DNA from: an uncultured Spirochaetota bacterium
GTDB lineage: Bacteria > Spirochaetota > Brevinematia > Brevinematales > JAOACQ01
Reading direction: 5' to 3'
DNA length: 64,000 bases
NCBI GenBank assembly: GCA_963796325.1
Contig: CAWCLF010000001.1
Span: 1,461,800-1,525,799, forward strand
The translations under genes were made by a program, and so were the position numbers. Shown piece after piece: positions 20,476 to 32,183 of this stretch. Within the stretch, counting starts at the first letter, position 1, and each line of letters opens with the position of its first letter. The notes under the pieces are model-generated. The model was not told the origin of the DNA, made no database searches, and saw only the letters and a list, made by a program, of their open reading frames with translations.

Positions 20476-21783
20476 CCCATATTTCCCAGATGAAATATTG
20501 TTTTCTTAACGAAAATGTGATATAATTGTATATCAACACAAGAATAAAGTAAATTATAAGCCTTCGAAATTGGAGAATTCAATGGGTGAAATCCAAAATC
20601 AGGCATTACGAGTCGATTTTGATAAAAGTTTAAGGCTGGAATTCCATGGTTCAACCCTTACATCCGATGCTGGTCTACTTGCTTACCGCGAACTCGATGA
20701 CGCATTAGGATTGACTGACATTGCGGCAAACAGCCTGAAAGATATCAGATTTGGAAAGAACAAACAGCATAGTATGGCAGCACAATTGCGGCAATCAGTA
20801 TTCAGCAGGCTTGCGGGATATGAAGACACAAATGATGCAGAACGTCTTTCCGTTGATCCTGCTATGAGGCAGGTTGTCGGGGGAAGAGCGCTTATTCATA
20901 CAGCTACGTCAACGAGCCAGATGGGAAGGTTTGAAACCGAAGTGCTAACTCTCCCTGATAACATCAAGGCCCTTATGAATCTTTCCGGGCAATGGATTGA
21001 CAGGTTAAGGGATCAGGTTCCCATGAGGAATCTTGTTCTCGATATGGACAGTTCTGTGAGTGAAACATATGGAAGGCAGGATGGGACTGCATATAACGGA
21101 CACTTTGGATGCACTTGTTACCACCCTTTATTTTGCTTCAACCAGTTTGGCGATGTCGAGTTTGCCCTGCTTCGGGAAGGTAATGTACACAGCGCATCTG
21201 ACTGGAAAAAGGTATTAGATCCAATTGTTGCACGATACAGAAATAGAAAGATTCCGCATTACTTTAGGGGTGATGCCGGCTTTGCCAAACCCGAGATTTA
21301 TGAATACCTGGAATCAGAACATTTCAAGTACGCAATTCGCTTGCCAGCCAATGATATTCTATACAGTGAAATCGGACATCTCCTTACAAGGCATGTAGGA
21401 CGATCGTCATATACACCTGTTGTCTGGTATGATGAATTCCTGTATAAGGCGGCATCCTGGGCTCGTGATCGCAGGATAATAGCAAAGGTGGAATGGCACC
21501 AGGGGGAACTCTTTCCCAGGGTCGGGTTTATCGTTACAAATCTAAGGGCTAAAAAGAAGAAAGTAGTCCATTTTTACAATATGAGGGGAACAGTGCCTGA
21601 CCGGCATTGCATTAAGGAGGGTAAGAATGCCGTAAAGTGGACAAGGCTCTCCTGTCATGATTTTATAGATAATCATGTCCGGCTCCAGTTATTTGTCCTT
21701 GCCTACAATCTTGGAAACTTCTTCCGGCATTCAGCTTTACCCCTTAAATGGGAGAGTTTTGGGTGTTATTTGGGAAATATCGG
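20476..21783 (+). mobile_element. IS1380-family element with internal 3' deletion
   Basis: IRs CCCATATTTCCCA / CCGATATTTCCCA; TTAA on both flanks. Transposase 20570-21787 (TSDAGLL, LDMDS, FRGDAGF) lacks the usual C-terminal TLREKLIK segment. Confidence 0.8.
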
Positions 21784-21970
21784 TTAAATATGGTACAAAA
21801 GTTCCATTGCAGCGCTTCATATCGTAGGCTATAATTAATAATTGAATAAATAGAATATAGAAGAAATTCTCAAAAGTGGTAATATTGGGGTATTATCTAG
21901 GAAATATCGGTTAAATTGGTTTTTGATAGTGGTAAAATGGGTTGAACCAGGGGTGTATATTGTGTATGTA

Positions 21971-23341
21971 ATGATTAAAAAGATATTGCCAATCCTGTTA
22001 ATTTCATTCGTATTTTCAGGCTTTATCTGGCCGAAACAGATTGAGATGAAATCTGTAACCGTGGCAGGTTTCATAAATAAGGGCAAGGCAAACCAGGGCA
22101 ATATTAACATAATGATGGTGAAATCCCTTACCACTTTCCTGTCGAAAATATCGAAAAAGATCACTCCGTATAAGGAAGTGGAAGAGACAGCCAGGGGTAG
22201 CGGCTTCTGGGACCAGAAAGAATTTAACAGCGGCGGGGCGATAAATATCGCCCAACAGTTTTCAACGGAACAGGTAATTACCGGCGATTATCTGGTTAAT
22301 GAGCAAAGCGGTACGATAAATATTAATGTTTATGTTTATAACGTAATTAACGGCCAGTTGTTATTCGGGAGGAACTACAAGGGGAATGCCGGTCCCGAGA
22401 TTTTCAATACCATCGACAAAATGATACTTGATGTATCGGGCCTGTTAGTCGGGAAGACAATTTCTCTTGGATATTTTAAGCTTGCAATAAAGCCTCTTAA
22501 TACAAAGTACAGATTATTCATCGATGACTCGTTCGTAAAACTGGTTAATAATAAAGATGGATACTTCGACAAGTTTATAACGGGCCAGTCGATCGATATA
22601 AGTTTAAAATCCGAGAAATCCGATGAGGAAGCGCTGAGAAAAATAATCGAGATCAAAAGCGGGAAAACGAATGAGCTGGAGTATAATCCTTCCGGGGTTT
22701 TAATCCTTGAAACGATGAAAGACGGCATAGATGTTTATTTGAACGGAATAAAAATCGGAAAAACAGACAGTTCCGGGGAATTTAAAATCCCGAATATTGA
22801 GGCCGGTAAAGAAAACGAGATAACTTTAAAAAATGGCAGCGAATTGTTATCTGGAACGAATATCGTAATCAAAGAAGGGGACACTAAAGTAGTTGTATTT
22901 AAAACTGCCGCGGCTCTGACAGGTGAAAATGACCAGATCAAGTCCGACCAGGGAAAACCGGCTGAAGAAATTGAGGTTTCGGCAAGTGTACCACTCGGAA
23001 CAAAATATATTGCTGCGATACCCGGCATTTATAAATTTGTTATTGAACGAGGAACATTTAATATAAACCATAATTCACCTTATATAAGTAAAATCCTGGT
23101 CTATACAAACCGGGATGTTATTTGGGTATTGGAAGGAATGGACCGGACTCCTATAAATTTTGATTACCAGATGGGCAGCGATGAGGCCGAAAATATTTAT
23201 AAAAAGGCTGAAAAAAAAGTGAAAGGCCAATCTATAACTATAATAATGAAGGAAGGCGATTTTGTGATTTTTGTTCCCAAAGAAAAAACTATGTACGGGG
23301 GGAGTTACGAAGGAGGTATTTATATATCTGTCAGTAAGTGA
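21971..23341 (+). CDS. Exported protein with FlgO/CsgG/TolB-N-like N-terminal domain
   Basis: Signal peptide MIKKILPILLISFVFSG; the VAGFINKG...LTTFL...VITGDY region is homologous to 29304-30626. Confidence 0.65.
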   Translation: MIKKILPILLISFVFSGFIWPKQIEMKSVTVAGFINKGKANQGNINIMMVKSLTTFLSKISKKITPYKEVEETARGSGFWDQKEFNSGGAINIAQQFSTEQVITGDYLVNEQSGTININVYVYNVINGQLLFGRNYKGNAGPEIFNTIDKMILDVSGLLVGKTISLGYFKLAIKPLNTKYRLFIDDSFVKLVNNKDGYFDKFITGQSIDISLKSEKSDEEALRKIIEIKSGKTNELEYNPSGVLILETMKDGIDVYLNGIKIGKTDSSGEFKIPNIEAGKENEITLKNGSELLSGTNIVIKEGDTKVVVFKTAAALTGENDQIKSDQGKPAEEIEVSASVPLGTKYIAAIPGIYKFVIERGTFNINHNSPYISKILVYTNRDVIWVLEGMDRTPINFDYQMGSDEAENIYKKAEKKVKGQSITIIMKEGDFVIFVPKEKTMYGGSYEGGIYISVSK

Positions 23342-24090
23342 AAATAAATTCATTCACTGCCCGGTCAGGAGTGAACTGTAAATGGCATGATTTATACGGC
23401 TTATAAGCGTTAAGAGATTATTATTCTGGAGAAACCATTAGCACGATAATCTCTTTAAGTAACGAGATATTTATCAATGTGGCTAAAGATATTTCGGGTA
23501 TCGAAGATAGAAATGTTATAAGTTATTTGCGAAGTTGTGCAGAAAAAATTTTAAGCATTCAAAATAAAAACTAATTCTCAATATAAGGTTCTGGAACGCT
23601 TTGATGTTTCAGGTCATCCGAATATTACTTCGGACCAGGATATCAAATGGACAGGTTTTAATTCTGTGAAAAAATATCCGGGTAAACTGAGTTTATTCCT
23701 TTTTCCTCCTGGTACCGATTGTACTATTTGGGACCAAAATAAACAAGAAAAATAATGTTTTTTATGGGGGTTTTTTCAATAAAAATTGTTGGCTTTTACC
23801 TGTTCTAAAGTCATTCTGCCGAAAACGGGAGTATTATTGATATGATGATTTCCTATACAGGATTTGAGGTTAGTGTCGCCAGCCAAGCTATTTTTCCTGA
23901 TTTTATGGTTTATTAGCCACGATAATTTTCTTTATTTTCTATGATAAAAATTCCGGATTTTAATAATGCACTGTTCAAAATGACCTGCTTGTTAAAACTT
24001 ACGAATTTTAACAGGGTAAATCTTATTTTTGACATTACTTTATCATTTCAGGTAAAATTATTCAACAATATCTACTGAGGTTAAAAGTTT

Positions 24091-24459
24091 ATGCTTTTAG
24101 AACTTAAAGAAGAGATAATAAACCAACCGGAAAAATCCGTATGCAGAAGAATATTTGTTGATGATAAAGATTTAATGGACCTTTATGTTTGGTATGATAA
24201 CCAAAATAATATCATAGGATTTCAGCTCTGTTATGAAACCCGTTCCAAAGCCGTAACCTGGAAACCTGGCTACAAGCTACTTCATGAAAATATTAAAGAC
24301 GGTAACAGAGGAGGTTATAGGGGAAATTTGCAATTGGTCCCAGATGGAATTCTTAATAGAGAAAAATTGGCCATTGAATTTAAAAATCTATCAGGAAATA
24401 TTGACCGAAATATTTCTGAATTAGTATATCAAAAATTATTAGAAACAGTTACATATTAA
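24091..24459 (+). CDS. Hypothetical protein (122 aa)
   Basis: ATG with GAGG RBS; clean ORF. Confidence 0.65.
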   Translation: MLLELKEEIINQPEKSVCRRIFVDDKDLMDLYVWYDNQNNIIGFQLCYETRSKAVTWKPGYKLLHENIKDGNRGGYRGNLQLVPDGILNREKLAIEFKNLSGNIDRNISELVYQKLLETVTY

Positions 24460-24650
24460 AAAATGAGAAATTGTAAATCCTTACGATTCTAACAAAAGGA
24501 AAGCCGCCTTTGGGCAACAAATTGGCTTTTTATTATTTGGAATATGTATCATAAAGTAATTGACATTTATCATTCGTTTCAGTTAGAATTATTAAAAATT
24601 TTAAAGGGGAAATATAATGAAAGGTTTTTTAAAGTCATCGTCTTTACTTA

Positions 24651-27600
24651 GGGTTTACTGAAAAATGCAATTTCAACTTGAAACGCAGGCCAGGGGGCTT
24701 AATTTTCCAAAAAACAGGCGGTAAAAAATCAGGCGCAAAAGAAGCCGAAGCTTCTTTTCCAAATTTAATAGAAAGAAATTCACCGCTATTACCGATTCAC
24801 TTGTAATGGGAAGTTTTGTCATTATCAGGTTTAACCCATATTTCCTTTTCCCTGTCCCAAACTCCCCTTCCACAGCGTTTCGTATTGAAATATCCTCCCT
24901 TTCTTGCGCCTTCACTTTTTCTCTTTCTTTCGGTTTTTGTCAAGGGAGTTGTCGCTTTTATTTTACGCAGCAATCAACGATTCCTTGTTAGTCTTACTCG
25001 GATTTAAAAATACAGATTCTACACGTTCCCATTTTTTACATTCTCCTGACCATCTTTCAGGGTGCTTACTTTTTGCAGCCTCATAAGTGTTTTCTCTTGT
25101 CTGTAGGATAGCTTTATCTTTACCGTCATGCCTCTGTGCAGGCGTTACATATCCAATACCTGAATGAAGATGCTTATTGTTATACCAATCTACAAAATTT
25201 TGCATCCATATTTCTGCCTCTTCCATTGTCTCAAAATGGCCAGGGTATTTCACATTATATTTCAATGTCTTAAACAATGATTCTGAGTAAGGATTATCGT
25301 TACTTACGCTCGGCCTTGAAAATGAAGGCATAACCTGTAGCCTCTGCAAGGTCGATAACATCGTTGCTCCTTTCATAGGAGAACCATTGTCAGAATGTAA
25401 ATACAAGCCTTTCAAATCAATGGTTTCTCCGATTTCTGCCATCATCCTTGCGGCATGTTCAGAGCTTTCCTCCTCCTGCATTTTCCAGCCGACTATCTTA
25501 CGGCTCCAGACATCCTCAAACAGATAGAGATAGAAATACTGGCCCTTGATAAGACTGGATATATAAGTAATATCCCAGCTCCATACCTGATTAGGCCCTG
25601 TCGCTTCCAGTTCTCTTGGCGTTTTCCTTGCCATTTTGGGCTTTGTTTCATATCTATGATGAAGCATATTATTATCTTTCAATACACGATAAAAAGTAGA
25701 TTCTGATCCTTTATAGACCCCTTCCTCGGCCAATAACGGCACTATTTCATTCGGCGTCATATCTCTAAATCTCTCGCTGCAGCAGCAGGAGATGATCTCC
25801 TCCCTTTCTTCGGCCGACAGGGCATTAGAAGGCATTACATTTCTCAATTTTCTTCTGTCTCCCTCAAGATTTTTATCCCAGCGCTGTATGGTCCTGATGT
25901 CATAACCTGATTCTTCACAAGCCTTATCCCTGCTTGCACCTGCTGTTACAGCCTCATTAATCAAGGCGCAGATATCTATCCGTATATCCATGGGAGTTAA
26001 TCTTCCTCTTTGCCGAATAGCTTGTTCAGTTTTTTTTTAAGCACCAGCAGAGAAGTAACCTCGGCTATAGTTTTATCCTTACGGTTAATTTCCTTTTCTA
26101 ATTCTATGATTTTCGCTTTCAAACCCTTGTTTTCTTCTCTATATGAGTTATTAGATAACACTGATTTACACTCCTGTTTCCAGAGTTCGATATGCGTTGT
26201 CTGAAGTCCGTTTTTCCTTAGCCACTGGCCCAACTCTTCTCCCGATTGGCTTGCAGTGTCTAATACCGCCTGATATTTATCAGATAGTTTCCAGCCTCTC
26301 GGGCTTCTCTCCTGGTATCCTCTAGATACATTATTCTGGATCATTTTCCTCCAATTGTAAAGGGTCTGATCACTCACTCCTATTTCCTTGCTCAATTCAA
26401 TCACGGTCTTTCCGCCAGGAATACACATCTTTTGAACCGCAGCTTTCCTGAATTCTTCTGAATGAATTTGACTATTCATTTTTTATCCCCTAATATTTTA
26501 GGCGACAACTATCCTAACACACGGGGCTTTAGGATCAAACTTTGGCCTTCCCAGCGGCGGCCCGCTCAACCTTATTCCTTTTTTCTTACAATATTCCTGG
26601 TTGGCCCTCGTCCGATAAATCTTGTCTACAATTACCGCTTTTGGATAGAATCCAAAACGCTCCCTATATTTTTCAACCTGTTCTTTAAATATTGTTCCTT
26701 CATTGAAATTTTCCCAACTGATCTTATCCGTAAATGCATATCCGTTTGCCAGGCTGATGGAAATTTTTGCCCCGAATTCCACGTTCGCTCCCGCCTTCCC
26801 TCTTACAATCGGCCTGATATGCGGCTGGGATAGGCTGACTATCCTTTCCGGGATACTATGTTTTCCTGTTTCAAACATCTCTTTTTGTTGTTCAAAGAGT
26901 TTCTTGATTATATGTAATTGTGCATATCGCATTATCGAAATTCCAGCCAGGGTCATTTTCTCCGCATATTTTAAGTCTCTTTTCACATAATTGAGCTGCT
27001 TTCTGATCGCCTGCCTGAGAGTCTTTTCGCTGATCCTTTTGTTTTTCGCGGCTGTAAGATAATCCTTTCGCGCTAACCTTGGATATGTCCTTGGCTTTTC
27101 CGGCCCGAATTCCCCTTTCAAGTACCCTTCATTAATCATTGCCTCAAGTTTCATCCTTGCATCATTTAACAAGTTCAAATCTGTCGGATACTTGATGTCC
27201 GCCGGTGCGCATGTGGCGTCCATCAATAACTTTCCCTTGTTCTCCGGCTCCCGGTCGTTATCATCTTTTTTTTTCTTTTTTCCTTTTTTGTCAGGCTTTT
27301 CCTTCTTTTTTTCAGTAAAAAGGACTTTGTTAACCTCTTCAAGCATCTCAGGCGTTATCCGTTTACGAAAATACACCATCATGGTTGAATCGAAAGCCTT
27401 CTTCCCTTGATATTCATTCAGACCTACAAAATATTGGAAATACGGGTTCTCAATGATCTGCGACACAGTTTCTTCATCGGTAAAACCAAACCGCTGCTGG
27501 ATGATTAATGCGCCAAGAGCCATTCTGACTTTTTTAGCGCCACGGCCTATAGCTTTAAAGAAGCTGGCGTATTTTTCTTCAAGCATGTCCCAGGGAATTA

Positions 27601-27822
27601 GCCGAGCCATTCTGATCCAGCGGTTATTCGGATCCATCCTGCCGCCGAAGGGCTGGTAAAAATCAACAAATTCAAGTTCCTCCGGGTTCTTTTTCTCGTA
27701 CATATTTTACCTCAAAATGCAAGGTTTTTCAGGGTTTTCTTGATTTTTCCTTGCATTATTTTAAGGCGAAATCTAAAATATTTCATTATTTAACAATTAA
27801 TTGCGACTTCTTCAGTAAGCCC
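24651..27822 (-). mobile_element. IS5-family element interrupted by IS3 copy 2
   Basis: IRs GGGTTTACTGAA / GGGCTTACTGAA with flanking direct repeat TACTTA (boundary ambiguous by 1 nt). Transposase 27703 to 24673 rejoins as ...RPKFDPK-EREKVKAQERED...RNAVEGEFG. Confidence 0.88.
24931..26526 (-). mobile_element. IS3-family element C, diverged copy 2 (1596 bp)
   Basis: Same termini as the other copies; TSD CTTT (24927-24930, 26527-26530); orfA 25997-26479 and orfB 24963-25991 carry multiple substitutions. Confidence 0.95.
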
Positions 27823-29303
27823 TACTTAGTGTGTTTATGATCACGAGTAGCCTTAATATTGGTTTATTTGTTGTTTCAGGTTACGGAGATGTACAAAAGG
27901 CAACCAATAATGATGAATCATTAATCGACGCCGCTACAAATGGAGATGTATCTTTTATTAAAAATTATAAAGGGAATATTAATGAAACTAATGAGGATGG
28001 AATTACAGCTTTAATGGCTGCTGCTCTATATGGTAATGTGGATTCTGTTAATGCATTAATCAAAGCGAAGGCTGATATAAATGCCAAAGATAATAACGGC
28101 CGCACTGCCTTGATATACTCTTTCCGTAATGCTCATGCTCAGCAGCAATTAATAATAACTTCTAAAACCACCGGAAAATCGGAAACTATCGACATACCCA
28201 ACACTTTTAAATTAGAAGAAGTCAAAGCATTGATTTCCGCGAAAGCAGATGTAAATGCCAGGGACAATAACGGCTTGACGGCTTTGATTTATGCAGCATT
28301 AGCAGGCTATGCCGACATAGAAGCAGCCTTGATCGAAGCAAAAGCAAATGTAAATGTTATAGATGGATACAGTGAAACAGCTTTAATATACGCTTCGGAA
28401 TCCGGCTTTTTGGATTCGGTTAAAGTTTTAATTAAATCGAAGGCTAATATCAACACCTGGGATACTAACGGTCATACAGCTTTGATGGCCGCTGCCTATA
28501 AATGTCATTATGACGTTGTTGAAGAATTAATAGCGGCAAAAGCTGATGTCAATTTGACTGACAAATCCGGTAAAACGGCCATGATGCTTTCGATCATAGG
28601 CGGAGATGCGGACGGGAGTATTTTGAAATTATTGATTGGAGCAAAAGCCAAAGTTAATTCGAAAGATAATTTCGGTGAGACGGCTTTGACTTATGCCTCT
28701 GGTTCAGGTTATGTGGATTCGATAAATGCATTAATTGAAGCAAAAGCCGATGTCAACTCTAAGGATAATAACAGCTTTACAGCTTTAATGGCAGCTGCTA
28801 ACAAAAGTCAAACAAATGCCGTTGAAGCATTGATAGCGGCGAAAGCAGATCCTAATCTCACAGATAAAAACGGCAGAACAGTTTTAATGCTGGCAGTAAA
28901 TGGAAGTAATGCTACTGCTGATGTTTTTAAATTATTGATTGGAGCAAAAGCCGATGTCAATTTGACTGACAGGAATGGAATGTCGGCTTTAATGCGAGCG
29001 GTACAGATAGCAGGAAACGTGGATGCTGTCCAAATATTAATTGACGCAAAAGCCGATGTCAATGCAGTAAATAAAGACGGTTATAGGGTTTTAGTAATGG
29101 CAAAAGATCCTGCAATCATTGATGCATTAACAAAAGCTGGTGCTAAGTAGGGAAACGGTTTTTCTGACCAGAATTTGCCCCTTTTCAGGCCCAATGAACA
29201 TTCCAGGTTAGGATTTATTCAAAGGAGCGAAAAGCAGGGGGCCTATAGAAGGCAAAATTTCAGGGGTTGTGAATTAGTCTTTTTCAAAAGGGAGGTAGAT
29301 CAG

Positions 29304-30626
29304 ATGAAAAAACATGGCTTGATTATTTTATTATTTACTGTAATGTTTTTTATTTTTGCATCCGCATCGGCCGCTCAGTTAAATGAAACTAAAACCATCG
29401 CTGTTGTCGGTTTTATCAATCAGGGCGACAAAATGGACGATACCATCAATAAGGTAATCAGCAAATCGCTTATAACTTTCCTTGCGAAAATCAAGGGAAC
29501 CAAAGTTACAGCCTACGATGCTGTTGAAAAACTCTCTGCAGATAACAAGTTCTGGGAATCAAAAGAACTCGATGCTGATATCGCCGTTGAAATGGGTCTT
29601 GACCTTGCGGTAAAACAGGTTGTTACAGGCACATATAAAGTCAACAAAAAGGCAGGGACAATAAAGATCGTTGTTTATGTATATGACCCTATCACATCCG
29701 AGCTTAAGCTTAAAAGGAATTATTTTGGCGATGCCGGTATAAGCATATTCGACACGATAGACAAGCTTATAAGGAATATATCGTCAGAACTTGTCGGACA
29801 TGCCGTAACAATGGGAAATCTGGAAGTAGATATTGACTCTGATAAAACATATAACCTCCTTATCAACAAGGTATTTCAGAAGAAGGTCTCAAAAAGCGAC
29901 GGTTTCAATGAAAAGGAAGAGGGAGAGGAACCTCTGGATGTATCTTTGACATTAACTGAAAACGATCAGGAAATTTATCATAAAGAGATAACGCTCAAGG
30001 ACAATGAAAACAGGGTTATAACATACACACCGTCAGGTACGGCCGTAGTGAGGACAGGGACAGGCGGGATAAAGGTTTATGCCGATGATGTGTTTGCCGG
30101 TGAAACTGAAAAAAGCGGAGAGATTATCGTTCATAGCCTCAAGGCAGGTACAAACCATATCATAAGGATAGAAAAAGAAAACAAGACACTTGACACAAGA
30201 ACAATAACGGTCGAAGAGGGGAAGACAATCCCGGTAGAGTTTTTTATCAATGGTCCGGCAGGGCAGCGACAGTTTTTCTTTCCGGTAGAGATCCTTGAAG
30301 GTGGGCTTGGCGGCGAAGTGGGGTTCGGTTGGTATTTTACAGACAGTTTCAGGGTTTTTGCCGAGGGAGGGGCTATTTATTTGCCTAATGTACATGATGT
30401 TTTTCCCGAAGCAGAAACGGGCTTGGCGCTGGCTTTTCTCAAGTCTGATGATTTCCGGATATGGGTGGATGCCTCGGTATTCGCATATATTTCATCTCCT
30501 GTTATTATTTCTCCAGTCATTAAACTTGAACTTTCATGGGGGGGATTATTTATTAACGGCGGGGTGAGGTACGGGTTCACAGGTTCGCAGGTAATCCCAA
30601 TGCTCAGCTTTGGCATCAGGTTATAG
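29304..30626 (+). CDS. Exported protein: FlgO/CsgG-like N-domain, PEGA-like middle, probable C-terminal beta-barrel
   Basis: RBS GGGAGG, signal peptide MKKHGLIILLF...ASA; C-terminal amphipathic strands ending LSFGIRL. Confidence 0.65.
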   Translation: MKKHGLIILLFTVMFFIFASASAAQLNETKTIAVVGFINQGDKMDDTINKVISKSLITFLAKIKGTKVTAYDAVEKLSADNKFWESKELDADIAVEMGLDLAVKQVVTGTYKVNKKAGTIKIVVYVYDPITSELKLKRNYFGDAGISIFDTIDKLIRNISSELVGHAVTMGNLEVDIDSDKTYNLLINKVFQKKVSKSDGFNEKEEGEEPLDVSLTLTENDQEIYHKEITLKDNENRVITYTPSGTAVVRTGTGGIKVYADDVFAGETEKSGEIIVHSLKAGTNHIIRIEKENKTLDTRTITVEEGKTIPVEFFINGPAGQRQFFFPVEILEGGLGGEVGFGWYFTDSFRVFAEGGAIYLPNVHDVFPEAETGLALAFLKSDDFRIWVDASVFAYISSPVIISPVIKLELSWGGLFINGGVRYGFTGSQVIPMLSFGIRL

Positions 30627-30637
30627 GAGGAAGTGAT

Positions 30638-31837
30638 ATGTATAAAAAATTTTTATTTTTAGCACCAATATTATTAGCAGGGGCGCTTGTATCCTGCGCT
30701 CTTATCGAGCCTCCTGATCTTGAAAACACAGTGGCTAGTTCATCGTCTTCTTCTTCTTCGCCTTCTGCATCTTCTTCGTCTTCTACGTCTTATAGCTTCA
30801 CAGTAATATATAACAGCGAAGGGGGATCTGCAGTAGGGTCACAAACCGTTAACTCCCCGAACACGACAGTTGGTACAGTTCCATTTACTACTTACACAGG
30901 CAAAACCTTTGGCGGTTGGTATACAGCCCCAAATGGAGGCGGATCAGAATTTACAGGCAGTACAACCGTCTCGGCAAATATCACGGTTTACGCTTTTTGG
31001 AATTCTCTGATACTTGTTCCCGCCGGTACATTTCAGTATGACGGCAATTCAGGCGACACGTGTACTGTGCCGGCCTTGCATATGAGCGAATATGACATCA
31101 CCGGGTCTGAATTTAGCGCGGTTACTGGGCTTCCGGATCCAAGTTATTTTTCAGGAGTTGCCACTCACCCAGTTGAACAAGTTACCTGGTACGATGCTCT
31201 TGTATTCTGCAACGATCTGAGTATCAAAGAAGGCCTGACTCCGGTATATACCATCAGCGGCAATACTTCTCCTTCCGCTTGGGGAACAATACCGACGTCA
31301 GAAAGTGCAACATGGGATGCGGTCACAGCAAACTGGTCAGCCAGCGGTTACCGCCTGCCCACGGAAATGGAATATATGTGGGTGGCTATGGGCGACACCA
31401 GCGACGCCCGGAGCGGTGATATCGCCTTGGGTACCAACACAGGCGGCTACACTAAGGGATACGCGGGCAGTACGGAAGCAGGAGGCGCACAGGTCAATAT
31501 TGGGAATTATGCCTGGTACTCAGTCAACGATGGCACTACTACTAAGGCGGTAGGGACAAAGCTCCCCAACGAGCTGGGTTTGTATGATATAAGCGGAAAC
31601 GTGTGGCAATGGATATGGGATGCCTGGGATAGTTCTACTGGTTATAACAACGGCGTCGGAGGCCCTGTTACTGACCCAACTTATAATGGTCAGGCCTGGG
31701 CTTCGGGCTTTGGCCGCGTCATTCGCGGCGGCAGTTGGCATGATGGTGCGTCTTACATCACGGTTGCCTTTCGCAACGGCGGCGTCGGCCCGTATTCCAC
31801 TTTCTACCATGTCGGCTTCCGGGTTGTTCGCCCCTGA
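30638..31837 (+). CDS. Lipoprotein with Ser linker, InlB B-repeat and FGE-sulfatase/CLec domain (candidate DGR target)
   Basis: Lipobox LVSC; repeat TVIYNSEGG...FGGWY...ITVYAFW; RLPTEMEY, PNELGLYDISGNVWQW, RVIRGGSW...VGFRVVRP. Confidence 0.88.
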   Translation: MYKKFLFLAPILLAGALVSCALIEPPDLENTVASSSSSSSSPSASSSSSTSYSFTVIYNSEGGSAVGSQTVNSPNTTVGTVPFTTYTGKTFGGWYTAPNGGGSEFTGSTTVSANITVYAFWNSLILVPAGTFQYDGNSGDTCTVPALHMSEYDITGSEFSAVTGLPDPSYFSGVATHPVEQVTWYDALVFCNDLSIKEGLTPVYTISGNTSPSAWGTIPTSESATWDAVTANWSASGYRLPTEMEYMWVAMGDTSDARSGDIALGTNTGGYTKGYAGSTEAGGAQVNIGNYAWYSVNDGTTTKAVGTKLPNELGLYDISGNVWQWIWDAWDSSTGYNNGVGGPVTDPTYNGQAWASGFGRVIRGGSWHDGASYITVAFRNGGVGPYSTFYHVGFRVVRP

Positions 31838-32005
31838 GCCTCTGGCTCAGGGTAAATCCTGAGTTCTGCAGAATGCACCTGAGCTTCTGCAGAACCAACC
31901 GTCTTCCGGCTGCACTTTAGAGCCGCGAAATGAGAGTTGCACCTTCCTACTGGTACCTGTCCCGTAGGGGCCAAACGGTAAAGCCGGAAGGTGTATTTTT
32001 ATACC
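31838..32005 (+). repeat. Structured 3' element shared with the second CLec gene (copy 1)
   Basis: Hairpin CTCAGG-GTAAAT-CCTGAG (31846-31863); 11-bp stem 31863-31895; long-range stem TGCACCTTCC/GGAAGGTGTA (31938-31995) followed by a T-tract. Confidence 0.75.
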
Positions 32006-32183
32006 TTTTTGGAATTCATAAATTTGTGAAATTTTGTAATTTTAGAAATGTGCGTGGTTTAGCCGTACAATATTCTCCGATTTGTAAGTTGCCCTTATAA
32101 GGAAAGCTTAACAGGCAAATTTTGGGAACATTTTATTTGCCCCTGGTGACACGAATGCTCCCATAGGGCCATGAAGGAGTTTT

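Larger units (their letters stand above)
24617..29150 (+). pseudogene. Exported ankyrin-repeat protein whose signal peptide is split by nested IS5/IS3
   Basis: RBS AAAGGGGA and ATG 24617 give MKGFLKSSSLL; after the IS the frame resumes SVFMITSSLNIGLF... into about 11 ANK repeats (27831-29150). Confidence 0.85.

Noticed and set aside
23380-24080. Possible gene fragments and the inverted repeat AGAGATTAT/ATAATCTCT
   Set aside because: Short broken frames with no recognisable homology; the 9-bp AT-rich repeat is not significant alone.
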